Source: Carboxydothermus pertinax
Lineage (GTDB): Bacteria; Bacillota; Z-2901; Carboxydothermales; Carboxydothermaceae
Assembly: GCF_001950255.1 (NCBI RefSeq)
Contig: NZ_BDJK01000014.1
Coordinates: 9,966-41,965 of the forward strand
Reading direction: 5' to 3'
Length of the DNA: 32,000 nucleotides
Shown piece by piece: positions 1 to 9,599 of the stretch. How positions within the stretch are numbered: position 1 is the first letter of the stretch; every line of letters starts with the position of its first letter. A model generated the notes under the pieces. It was given only the letters and a program-made list of their open reading frames with translations. It did not search any database and was not told the DNA's origin. A program made the position numbers and the translations under genes.

Positions 1-1586
<1,586 letters not shown>

Positions 1587-1601
1587 GCAAGGAGGGAGAA
1601 T

Positions 1602-2900
1602 GTGAGCCTAAAATTTGACCGATCCATTGAAGCGTTTAGCGAAGCGAAAAAAGTTATTCCAGGAGGAGTTAACAGTCCTGTTCGGGCTTTTAAATCAGTA
1701 GGCTTAAATCCTGTATTTATAGAACGGGGAGAAGGAGCAAAGATTTATGATATTGACGGCAATACCTATATTGATTATGTAGGCTCATGGGGTCCCTTAA
1801 TTTTAGGTCATCGCCATCCCAAAGTAGAAAAGGCATTAGCTAATTGTCTTAAAAAAGGGACTAGCTTTGGTGCCCCAACCTTATTGGAAACCGAAATGGC
1901 AAAGCTAGTAGTTGACGCTTTTCCGGCAATGGATATGGTGAGGATGGTTAACTCTGGGACTGAAGCTACCATGAGTGCAATACGTTTAGCCCGGGGATTT
2001 ACCGGAAGAAATAAAATTGTTAAATTTGAAGGGTGTTATCATGGACATGCTGACTCACTCTTGATAAAAGCTGGCTCCGGAGCGCTTACTTTAGGTGTTC
2101 CTACAAGTCCGGGAGTACCTGTGAATATTGCCTATAACACTATCACTGCTCAGTTTAATGATTTATCTCTTTTGGAAGAAATTTTTGCACAAGAAGGCAA
2201 TGATATTGCAGCAGTTATCTTAGAGCCGGTGGCGGGGAATATGGGGGTTGTGCCACCAAAGCCAGGCTTTTTGGAAGGGGTAAGGGATATCACAAAAAAA
2301 TATGGAGCCTTATTAATCATGGACGAGGTTATGACTGGCTTTAGGGTTCACTGGGGAGGGGCGCAGGTACTCTACAACGTAGAGCCTGATATTACTACTT
2401 TAGGAAAGATAATTGGCGGAGGACTGCCGGTTGGAGCTTATGGTGGACGCCAAGAAATCATGGAAATGGTTTCTCCGGCAGGTCCCGTATATCAAGCAGG
2501 AACTTTATCAGGTAATCCCTTGGCAATGACCGCTGGTATTGCAACTTTATCAGTATTAAAAGAAGAAGGAGTTTATGAACAGTTGGAGGAAAAGTCTAAA
2601 TATTTAGAGCAGGGACTTAAAGAAGCGGCAACGGCAGCCGGATTAAATCTTTGGTTTAACCGCGTCGGCTCAATGCTTTGTACTTTCTTTACATCGGAGG
2701 AAGTGGTGGATTATAAGTCAGCTTGCACTTCCGATACTAACAAATTTGCTATTTTCTTTAAGACCATGCTGGAAAATGGGGTATATATTGCTCCATCACA
2801 ATTTGAGGCCATGTTTGTTTCTCTGGCGCATACTAAAGAGGATTTAAACAAAACCATTGAAGCGGCTTATGTGGCGTTTAAAGCAGTGGCCAAAATATAA
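1602..2900 (+). CDS. hemL: Glutamate-1-semialdehyde 2,1-aminomutase
   Basis: GTG start at 1602 follows GGAGGGAG (1591-1598). The 432-aa product has HemL blocks [39 protein letters not shown] and the PLP-Lys context [11 protein letters not shown]. Confidence 0.93.
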   Translation: MSLKFDRSIEAFSEAKKVIPGGVNSPVRAFKSVGLNPVFIERGEGAKIYDIDGNTYIDYVGSWGPLILGHRHPKVEKALANCLKKGTSFGAPTLLETEMAKLVVDAFPAMDMVRMVNSGTEATMSAIRLARGFTGRNKIVKFEGCYHGHADSLLIKAGSGALTLGVPTSPGVPVNIAYNTITAQFNDLSLLEEIFAQEGNDIAAVILEPVAGNMGVVPPKPGFLEGVRDITKKYGALLIMDEVMTGFRVHWGGAQVLYNVEPDITTLGKIIGGGLPVGAYGGRQEIMEMVSPAGPVYQAGTLSGNPLAMTAGIATLSVLKEEGVYEQLEEKSKYLEQGLKEAATAAGLNLWFNRVGSMLCTFFTSEEVVDYKSACTSDTNKFAIFFKTMLENGVYIAPSQFEAMFVSLAHTKEDLNKTIEAAYVAFKAVAKI

Positions 2901-2904
2901 ACAA

Positions 2905-2936
2905 AAATCCCTTGAAGCAAAAGCTTCAAGGGATTT
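2905..2936. terminator. Bidirectional rho-independent terminator shared by hemL (+) and the tRNA operon (-)
   Basis: Perfect 14-bp stem aaatcccttgaagc / gcttcaagggattt with loop aaaa. It is followed by TTTCTT on the + strand and TTTTTGT on the - strand. It lies between the hemL stop (2900) and the 3' end of tRNA-Leu (2949). Confidence 0.7.
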
Positions 2937-2948
2937 CTTACAAAATAA

Positions 2949-3034
2949 TGGTGCGGCAGAGAGGATTTGAACCTCCACGGGCTAATGCCCACTAGATCCT
3001 GAGTCTAGCGCGTCTGCCGTTCCGCCACTGCCGC
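2949..3034 (-). tRNA. tRNA-Leu (anticodon CAG), long variable arm, encoded CCA
   Basis: The reverse complement reads GCGGCAG TG GCGG...CTAGA CTCAGGA TCTAG (anticodon loop, CAG), variable arm TGGGCATTAGCCCGT, T-arm GGAGGTTCAAATCCTCT, acceptor CTGCCGC A CCA. I folded the cloverleaf by hand. Confidence 0.9.
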
Positions 3035-3043
3035 ATAAATAAA

Positions 3044-3119
3044 TGGCTGGGGCGGCTGGATTCGAACCAACGAAATGGCGGTTCCAAAGACCGCTGCCTT
3101 ACCGCTTGGCTACGCCCCA
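3044..3119 (-). tRNA. tRNA-Gln (anticodon TTG), encoded CCA
   Basis: The reverse complement is TGGGGCGTAGCCAAGCGGTAAGGCAGCGGTCTTTGGAACCGCCATTTCGTTGGTTCGAATCCAGCCGCCCCAGCCA. It has acceptor TGGGGCG/CGCCCCA with the U1-A72 pair typical of bacterial tRNA-Gln, anticodon stem GCGGT/ACCGC and loop CTTTGGA. Confidence 0.9.
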
Positions 3120-3188
3120 ACTTATCATATAAGATTAAGTTAAATAAAGTCAGAGATCCAACGACCTCTGACATCTTACCAGTTTAAA

Positions 3189-3274
<86 letters not shown>

Positions 3275-3301
3275 ATATAATCAACGATTATTTAATTGCA
3301 C

Positions 3302-3379
3302 TGGTCGGGATGGAGGGATTTGAACCCCCGACTTCCTGCTCCCAAGGCAGGCGCGCTAGCCAAACTGCGCTACATCCCG
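3302..3379 (-). tRNA. tRNA-Pro (anticodon TGG), encoded CCA
   Basis: The reverse complement is CGGGATGTAGCGCAGTTTGGCTAGCGCGCCTGCCTTGGGAGCAGGAAGTCGGGGGTTCAAATCCCTCCATCCCGACCA. It has acceptor CGGGATG/CATCCCG, anticodon stem CCTGC/GCAGG and loop CTTGGGA. Confidence 0.9.
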
Positions 3380-3398
3380 TTCAATCAGGACAGTTTTT

Positions 3399-3427
3399 AT
3401 TATATATATTTTATGAAAGGTCGTCAA
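3399..3427 (-). promoter_or_regulatory. Sigma-A-type promoter of the tRNA Pro-Tyr-Gln-Leu operon
   Basis: The minus strand reads TTGACG (3427-3422), a 17-nt spacer ACCTTTCATAAAATATA, then TATAAT (3404-3399). The -10 hexamer ends about 20 nt upstream of the tRNA-Pro 5' end (3379). Confidence 0.65.
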
Positions 3428-3500
3428 GTATTAAATTAAAAAAATATTGGAATAAGACATTAAACTAAGGATTAAAATAGTAGTATGCTGCTGTTTTTTA

Positions 3501-3509
3501 TGTTATAAT
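3501..3509 (+). promoter_or_regulatory. Extended -10 promoter element (TGtTATAAT) for the phasin-like/UbiB genes
   Basis: TGTTATAAT at 3501-3509 matches the TGnTATAAT extended -10 and lies about 24 nt upstream of the ATG at 3533. No good -35 hexamer is present (TAGTAT at 17-nt spacing). Confidence 0.45.
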
Positions 3510-3532
3510 TTGCCATAAGGAGTGTGATTTTT

Positions 3533-3838
3533 ATGGATATTTTTAAGCGCAGTATAATGCTTGGTTTAGGGTTAATTACCCTCACTAAGGAAAAGGCGGA
3601 AGAGTTTATGAACGAGCTTATGGAAAAAGGCAAGATGAGCAAAGATGAAGCGCAAAAATTTTTAGATGATTTAATTACTAAAGGAAAAAGCCAAAAAGAA
3701 GAGTTAAAAGCTGAAATTAACGCAGAACTGCAAAAAATAATTAAAGAGTTAAATTTGGTGACCAGAGAAGAATTAAAACTTTTGGAAAATCGGCTAAATG
3801 AATTAGAAACTAAAATCCAAGAGCAAAACAAGGGGTAA
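3533..3838 (+). CDS. Phasin-like coiled-coil protein (COG3937-type PHA-synthesis-regulator/phasin family)
   Basis: I prefer ATG 3533 (AAGGAG at 3517-3522, 10-nt spacing) over the GTG at 3524 used in the ORF track. The roughly 100-aa, Lys/Glu-rich helical protein (MDIFKRSIMLGLGLITLTKEKAEEFMNELMEKG...REELKLLENRLNELE) matches the short phasin-family layout as I remember it. The family call comes from memory of the pattern, not a search. Confidence 0.6.
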   Translation: MDIFKRSIMLGLGLITLTKEKAEEFMNELMEKGKMSKDEAQKFLDDLITKGKSQKEELKAEINAELQKIIKELNLVTREELKLLENRLNELETKIQEQNKG

Positions 3839-3850
3839 TAACCCCTTGTT
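3827..3850 (+). terminator. Stem-loop over the phasin-like stop codon (leaky terminator/attenuator before ubiB-like gene)
   Basis: Perfect 10-bp stem aacaaggggt / accccttgtt with loop aata. The TAA stop (3836-3838) spans the last stem base and the loop. The stem is followed by TTGTTA, so the T-tract is interrupted. The downstream gene starts only 20 nt later. Confidence 0.45.
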
Positions 3851-3869
3851 TTGTTAGGGAGGATGAAAA

Positions 3870-5495
3870 GTGCTACCCTTAGCGCCTAAACATCTATCAA
3901 GATTCCGGGAAATTGCTGGAGTGTTAACGGAATTCGGTTTTGGCTTCTTGTTGGCATATATTAGACGACCAAATAATGTTGAAAAAATAGATTTGAATGA
4001 TTACCGAATGACTGAACTTGCTGGGAATCTAAAAAAAATGCTGGAAAAATTAGGACCCACCTTTATAAAACTGGGACAAATTTTAAGTACCCAAAAAGAT
4101 ATTTTGCCAAAGCCATTTCAAGAAGCGTTAGAAAAACTTCAAGATCAAGTAACACCGTTGCCTTTTAGGGAAATTGCATCATATATTGAAGAAAACTTGG
4201 ATTCTCCTTTAGAGGAAATATTTATTGAATTTGACGAAAACCCAATTGCTAGCGCCTCCCTAGGACAAGTCTATCGGGCTAAACTTCAGGATGAAAAAGA
4301 AGTAGTAGTAAAGGTTAAACGACCAGGGGTCGATGACTTAATAAAAACCGATTTACAAATTTTATACCGAATTGCTTCTTTTATTGAAAATAAAACTAAC
4401 TGGGGAAAGCTCAACAAACCGTTACGGATGTGGGAAGAATTAAAATTAAGCTTAGAACGGGAACTGGATTATACTGGTGAAGCTAGAAATATTGACAATT
4501 TCCGTAAAAATGTGAAATATAAAAAGCTAATCATACCCAAAGTGTTTTGGGAGTTCACCAATGAAAATATTTTGGTTTTGGAGGCAGTTTACGGAGTAAA
4601 AGTAAGCGAACGGTCACGTCTTTTAGAAATGGGCATTGACTTAGACCGTTTAGCCCGGGACTTGGTGGAGATATTTGTCATGCAAATCTTAGAAGATGGC
4701 TATTTTCATGCCGATCCCCATCCGGGAAATATTGCAGTAACACCCTTAGGGGAAATTATTTTGTATGATTTTGGCATGGTGGGATTTTTGAATCCCTGGC
4801 TTAAGGAAATTTTAATCTCATTATTAATAAGCGTAGTAAAAAAAGATTTTGCGCGAATTTCTGAATTATTAATTGAATTAAGTCACCGGGAAGATATTAC
4901 ACCAGCAGAGATAAAAAAAGATGTTCGGGATATATTTAATCAGTATTATTTTGTGTCTTTAGCTTACCTTTCTCTTGGGGAGTTGCTAAAAGAACTGTTA
5001 ATTCTTGCTAAAAAACATGAGATTGTAATTCCACCAGAAATTGTGCTAGTAGCTAAAACTATTATTGCCTTAGAAGGAATCGTAAAAACCTTAAATAGCG
5101 GATTATCCGTTGCCGAATTAGCCGAACCAATTGCCACAAGTCTTTTAAAAAGTCGGGTATTAAAACTTCCTTCTCTAAAAAAAATTGCCCTAGAAATTTA
5201 TGATCTTTTTGATAAATTAACAGCGCTTCCAGGAATGCTTGAAAGCAGTCTTGCCAATTTAGAAAAGGCAAAACTAACCCTTAAACTCGAAGAACGCCAA
5301 TTAGACAAGCTTACTAATTCCTTTACTAAAAGCGTTCAATTTTTAGCTGTAGTAATTTTTTACGCTGCCTATTTTTTGAGCTCTCCAGCGATTTTAAAGG
5401 CTTTGCCTCTTGAACACAGAGGCAAAATGTTTCTTTTTATTACTGTTGCTTACTTTTCCGGTGGATATATTTTATGGAAAAAGCATCGGGTATAG
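3870..5495 (+). CDS. ABC1/UbiB (AarF) family atypical kinase, paralog 1, with C-terminal transmembrane segments
   Basis: GTG start follows AGGGAGG (3856-3862). Family blocks are present: LGPTFIKLGQILSTQKDILP, IASASLGQVYRAKL, VVVKVKRPG, YFHADPHPGNIAV, ILYDFGMVG. The tail is hydrophobic (FLAVVIFYAAYFL..., MFLFITVAYFSGGYILW). Confidence 0.88.
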   Translation: MLPLAPKHLSRFREIAGVLTEFGFGFLLAYIRRPNNVEKIDLNDYRMTELAGNLKKMLEKLGPTFIKLGQILSTQKDILPKPFQEALEKLQDQVTPLPFREIASYIEENLDSPLEEIFIEFDENPIASASLGQVYRAKLQDEKEVVVKVKRPGVDDLIKTDLQILYRIASFIENKTNWGKLNKPLRMWEELKLSLERELDYTGEARNIDNFRKNVKYKKLIIPKVFWEFTNENILVLEAVYGVKVSERSRLLEMGIDLDRLARDLVEIFVMQILEDGYFHADPHPGNIAVTPLGEIILYDFGMVGFLNPWLKEILISLLISVVKKDFARISELLIELSHREDITPAEIKKDVRDIFNQYYFVSLAYLSLGELLKELLILAKKHEIVIPPEIVLVAKTIIALEGIVKTLNSGLSVAELAEPIATSLLKSRVLKLPSLKKIALEIYDLFDKLTALPGMLESSLANLEKAKLTLKLEERQLDKLTNSFTKSVQFLAVVIFYAAYFLSSPAILKALPLEHRGKMFLFITVAYFSGGYILWKKHRV

Positions 5496-5554
5496 CATAG
5501 ATTGTCCTCTTAGGGCATATTTTTTTTAGAAAAAAGCCCTAAGGGGGGAGTAAA

Positions 5555-6544
5555 TTGTTAAAAAAATTTGTAGGGATTATCTTAGTTTTAACCTTCTTTT
5601 GTTCTACTGTTTTAGCGGAGCAACCAATAACTGATAAAAACCAGCCCCAAAATGCCTTGAAATTTCTTATAATCGTTATTGAAGACTTTAGTCAGGAAAA
5701 ACTTTTTAAATCCTACCTTCCCAACATAAAAAATTTATATGAAATGGGCTATAGTGGCATAACCCTGGGCAATGAGTTAAATCTTCAGGAGTATATTGAA
5801 GATCTTTTAAAATTAAAAGGTTTTGAAACTAATTTTCCTCTTTTGGCTAAGAAATACGGTTATAGAGTTTATGCCTATGGTTTTAATATTAAAAATTATT
5901 CTGGTCTTGAATATCTGCCTAGTTTACAATTTATGGAATCAAAATTTGGTGATAGTGAAAAAAATGGATTTATTTTAGCCTTTAAAAGAGACCAAGAAAA
6001 ATTAGCCGATAAAGTGGTAGAAAAACTTTATGAATCAGGGGAGCTAAGAAATACTATAGTAGTTGTAATTGGCAGCGGTAAAAGTGGAGTTTTTACAACC
6101 TTTGCTAATAAAATCAAAAAGAACGTAAAAGTGGAATTTATCTTAGATGACGGTATAATTCCTACGATTTCGTTAGCGCTGGGGATTTACCCTCAGGAAG
6201 AATGGGGACCTACTTTATGGAGTGCGATTTATACAGGGGATTGGGAGACCGAAAATCAAAATCGGGCTAAAGAACAAAAAGAGATATTAGCTTTTGTGCT
6301 TAAACTTCGTAAGGTAATAACTGAAAAAGATAGGGAAATAAAAAATTTTCAAAAAGAAAAAGAGAAACTTTTAACAAAATTAATGGGTAAAGAACACGAA
6401 AGTACTTCTTTACATGCTACTATAAAAAAGCTTAAATTGAAAATTGTAATTTATAAATTAACTGTCTTTGGCTTGATTATAACAGGATTTTTCTTACTTT
6501 TTCTGGAGTATAAACTATTAAAAAAGAAATATTTAATCTTTTAA
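5555..6544 (+). CDS. Hypothetical exported protein: N-terminal signal peptide, central globular domain, coiled coil, C-terminal TM anchor
   Basis: TTG start follows GGGGGGAG. The N-terminus MLKKFVGIILVLTFFCSTVLA|EQP looks like a signal peptide. The C-terminus has a KE-rich heptad-like stretch (EKDREIKNFQKEKEKLLTKLMGKE) and a TM helix (LTVFGLIITGFFLLFL). I recognise no confident family. Confidence 0.6.
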   Translation: MLKKFVGIILVLTFFCSTVLAEQPITDKNQPQNALKFLIIVIEDFSQEKLFKSYLPNIKNLYEMGYSGITLGNELNLQEYIEDLLKLKGFETNFPLLAKKYGYRVYAYGFNIKNYSGLEYLPSLQFMESKFGDSEKNGFILAFKRDQEKLADKVVEKLYESGELRNTIVVVIGSGKSGVFTTFANKIKKNVKVEFILDDGIIPTISLALGIYPQEEWGPTLWSAIYTGDWETENQNRAKEQKEILAFVLKLRKVITEKDREIKNFQKEKEKLLTKLMGKEHESTSLHATIKKLKLKIVIYKLTVFGLIITGFFLLFLEYKLLKKKYLIF

Positions 6545-6568
6545 CCCCGGGAAAGGGGTCATTTTTTA
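6544..6568 (+). terminator. Rho-independent terminator after the hypothetical exported protein gene
   Basis: Short GC stem acccc / ggggt (6544-6548 / 6555-6559) with loop gggaaa, followed by CATTTTTTAA. It overlaps the TAA stop at 6542-6544. Confidence 0.5.
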
Positions 6569-6741
6569 ATGTTATGAAAATCACAAATAATTCAGAAAAT
6601 TTTAGATATTACAAGCAGGATTTTTGACTAAAGTGTCGAAAAATTAATAACTAAGTTTATAAAATTTTCCGTAAGCGGTAGGAAAATAAAGTTGAATGGT
6701 CGAATATATAAAATGAACAATATTCATCGGAGGGGAAAAAA

Positions 6742-7506
6742 TTGAAATTAGCAGTTGCCGGAAAAGGCGGAGTTGGAAAAACAACAATAGCGGCTGGTAT
6801 AATAAAAGCCATGGTTGCTGATTACGATAAGATTTATGCCGTTGACGGTGACCCCGATAGCTGTTTGGGGCAAGCTTTAGGTCTTCCGATTGAAGAAGCC
6901 TATTCAATTACTCCCTTAATTGAAATGAAAGAAGAAATTAAAGAAAAAACCGGTGACGGGGGACTCCTAATTTTAAATCCTAAAGTAGATGGCGATCTTG
7001 ATAAATATGGTAGATATATTAATGATAAAATTTTTTTAATTCGAATGGGAGAAATAAAAAAGGGCGGCTCCCAATGTTATTGCCGCGAAAACTCTTTTTT
7101 GGGTTCGGTGGTAAGTGCTTTATTTTTGGATAAAAAAGAAGCGGTAGTTATGGATATGGGGGCAGGAATTGAGCATTTAACCCGGGGCACGGCCAAAGCC
7201 GTTGATATGATGATTGCTGTAATTGAACCAAACCTCAACAGTATCAAAACTGGTCTTAATATTGAAAAGTTAGCCGGGGATTTAGGGATTAGAAAAGTAC
7301 GTTACGTAATAAATAAGGTCCACAATCCTCTGGAAGAAGAGCTAATTAAAAAGCATTTACCCGAGGATAAGATTTTGGGCATTATACCATACAATGATGC
7401 TTTTATCGAACTTTCATTAAAAGGAGAAGAAGTTTGGCAATCTACTAATCCGGTTTTTGAGCAACTTAATCACATATACCAAAAATTACGCCTGGAGGTG
7501 GTATAA
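6742..7506 (+). CDS. cooC: CooC-type Ni-insertion ATPase (CODH maturation factor)
   Basis: TTG start follows GGAGGGG. It has the deviant Walker A MKLAVAGKGGVGKTT and the CXC metal motif in GGSQCYCRENS. It lies directly upstream of acsA. Confidence 0.9.
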   Translation: MKLAVAGKGGVGKTTIAAGIIKAMVADYDKIYAVDGDPDSCLGQALGLPIEEAYSITPLIEMKEEIKEKTGDGGLLILNPKVDGDLDKYGRYINDKIFLIRMGEIKKGGSQCYCRENSFLGSVVSALFLDKKEAVVMDMGAGIEHLTRGTAKAVDMMIAVIEPNLNSIKTGLNIEKLAGDLGIRKVRYVINKVHNPLEEELIKKHLPEDKILGIIPYNDAFIELSLKGEEVWQSTNPVFEQLNHIYQKLRLEVV

Positions 7507-7569
7507 CCAAAAAGAGGGGGGTAGCTTTAACGATTAGTTCAAAAAATTTTTGAAAAAGGAGGGTATTAA

Positions 7570-9582
7570 ATGCCAAGGTTTAGAGATTTAGAGCATACCT
7601 CAAAACCTTCCAAGGCTGAGCGGGTATGGGAGCCTAAAAACCGTAGAAGAACCACTGATCCTGCAGCTTTGGAAATGCTTGAAAAAGCAGAAAAAGATGG
7701 GGTAAAAACGGCGTTTGACCGTTTCGTAGAAATGCAACCCCAGTGTCAGTTTGGCTACAAAGGTCTATGTTGTCGTTTTTGCTTACAAGGACCTTGCCGT
7801 TTGCCAAACGATGACCCCAGTAAGAAGGGAATTTGTGGAGCATCAGCTTGGACTATTGCGGCAAGATCGGTTGGAACTTTAATCTTAACTGGTGCTGCTG
7901 CCCATAACGAACATGCTAGACACATTGCCCATGCGCTAAAAGAATTAGCGGAAGGAAAAACTCCCGATTATAAAATTTCCGACCCTGACAAATTAAGAAG
8001 AATTGCCCAAAGGCTTGGAGTGGATACCAAAGGGAAAGATGATCTGACCTTAGCTAAGGAAGTTGCAGAATTAGCTCTTGAAGATTTTGCGCGCTTACCT
8101 GGCTTTGGTGAAAACCTCTGGATTAAAACAACCTTAAACAAAGAACGGCTGGAAAAATATGATGACTGTAATATTATGCCTTCAGGTATTTTTGGTGATA
8201 TTTCTGACCTTTTAGCCCAAGCCCACATTGGAAATGATGATGACCCAGTTAATATCACCTTTAGCGCTTTAAGGGTTGCTTTAACTGACTACGCTGGCAT
8301 GCATATCGCAACCGATTTTTCGGACGTACTTTTTGGTACTCCCAAACCAATTGTTACCGAAGCTAACCTTGGTGTATTGGACGCCAATAAAGTAAATATT
8401 GCTGTGCATGGTCACAACCCTCTCTTAAGTGAAAAAGTAGTTGATGCTGCAAAAGAATTAGAAGAGGAAGCAAGAGCTGCTGGAGCCGATGGAATAAACA
8501 TTGTAGGTATGTGCTGTACTGGTAATGAAGTTTTAATGCGCCGGGGAGTGCATTTGGCAACTTCCTTTGCTTCCAGTGAGCTTGCCATAGTCACCGGGGC
8601 TATGGATGCTGTTGTTGTTGATGTTCAATGTATTATGCCCGGCTTAAAGCAAGTAACTGAATGCTATCATACTCGCCTAATTACTACCTCAAACATCGCG
8701 AAAATGCCTGGAACCTACCACGTACCCTTCAATGTAGAAACTGCCCACGATAATGCCAAAGAAATTGTCCGTTTAGGGATTGAAGCCTACAAACAACGTA
8801 TTGGCAAACCTGTTCACATCCCCGATATTAAGCATAAAGTTGTTGCTGGATTTAGCTTTGAAGCATTAATGGAAATCTTTGCCCATGTTAATCCAGAAAA
8901 TCCTATTAAGGTATTAAACGATGCTATTTTATCCGGTCAATTAAAAGGTGTTGTCTTATTCGCAGGCTGCAATAACTTGAAACGGCCACAGGATGAAAGT
9001 CATATTACCATCTTGCAGGAAATGCTTAAGAACGATGTATTTGTAGTGGCAACCGGTTGTTCTGCTCAAGCCTTTGCCAAACATGGCTTTTTACGGCCGG
9101 AAGCTTTAGAAATTGCCGGAGAGGGACTTAAGTCCTTTATAAAGATGTTAGAAGAAAAAGCAGGACTACAGGGGCAGCTGCCACCTGCGTTCTTTATGGG
9201 TTCTTGCGTTGATAATACTCGGGCCTCGGATATTTTGGTTGCCATGGCCAAGGATCTCGGGGTGGATACACCTAAGGTACCGTTTGTTGCTTCTGCTCCC
9301 GAAGCTATGAGTGGAAAAGCAGTATCAATAGGTACCTGGTTTGTAACTCTCGATGTTCCAGTACACGTAGGTACGATGCCACCTCTAGAAGGTAGTGAAC
9401 TGTTCTACAGTATTACCACCCAAATTGCTTCAGACGTATACGGCGGTTACTTCATGTTTGAAGTTGACCCGGTTGTAGCTGCTAAAAAGATTTTAAATGC
9501 TCTTGAGTATAGAACCTGGAAGTTGGGCGTTCACAAGCAAACGGCAGAAAAATTCGAATCGGCCCTCTGCCAAAATTACTAA
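7570..9582 (+). CDS. acsA: Carbon monoxide dehydrogenase catalytic subunit of the bifunctional CODH/ACS
   Basis: The 670-aa product has N-terminal B/D-cluster cysteines CQFGYKGLCCRFCLQGPC and blocks ICGASAWTIAARS, VHGHNP, GMCCTGNE, GCNN, MGSCVDN. It appears collinear end to end with Moorella thermoacetica AcsA as I recall it (MPRFRDL... to ...YRTWKLGVHK). Confidence 0.95.
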   Translation: MPRFRDLEHTSKPSKAERVWEPKNRRRTTDPAALEMLEKAEKDGVKTAFDRFVEMQPQCQFGYKGLCCRFCLQGPCRLPNDDPSKKGICGASAWTIAARSVGTLILTGAAAHNEHARHIAHALKELAEGKTPDYKISDPDKLRRIAQRLGVDTKGKDDLTLAKEVAELALEDFARLPGFGENLWIKTTLNKERLEKYDDCNIMPSGIFGDISDLLAQAHIGNDDDPVNITFSALRVALTDYAGMHIATDFSDVLFGTPKPIVTEANLGVLDANKVNIAVHGHNPLLSEKVVDAAKELEEEARAAGADGINIVGMCCTGNEVLMRRGVHLATSFASSELAIVTGAMDAVVVDVQCIMPGLKQVTECYHTRLITTSNIAKMPGTYHVPFNVETAHDNAKEIVRLGIEAYKQRIGKPVHIPDIKHKVVAGFSFEALMEIFAHVNPENPIKVLNDAILSGQLKGVVLFAGCNNLKRPQDESHITILQEMLKNDVFVVATGCSAQAFAKHGFLRPEALEIAGEGLKSFIKMLEEKAGLQGQLPPAFFMGSCVDNTRASDILVAMAKDLGVDTPKVPFVASAPEAMSGKAVSIGTWFVTLDVPVHVGTMPPLEGSELFYSITTQIASDVYGGYFMFEVDPVVAAKKILNALEYRTWKLGVHKQTAEKFESALCQNY

Positions 9583-9599
9583 GGTGAGGAGGGGAGTAT

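Noticed and set aside
3472-3831. 119-aa minus-strand ORF antisense to the phasin-like gene.
   Set aside because: Its Ser/Phe/Leu/Ile-rich low-complexity translation is the mirror of a Lys/Glu-rich coiled coil. The + strand gene has a proper RBS, a promoter element and a plausible family pattern.
6624-6652. Candidate sigma-A promoter for the acs operon: TTGACT (6624-6629) with ATAACT at 17-nt spacing.
   Set aside because: The -35 is good, but the -10 candidate matches TATAAT poorly at every spacing from 15 to 18 nt. Other AT-rich hexamers in the leader (TATAAA near 6657, TATATA/TAAAAT around 6704-6714) lack proper -35 partners. I therefore cannot place the promoter from sequence alone.
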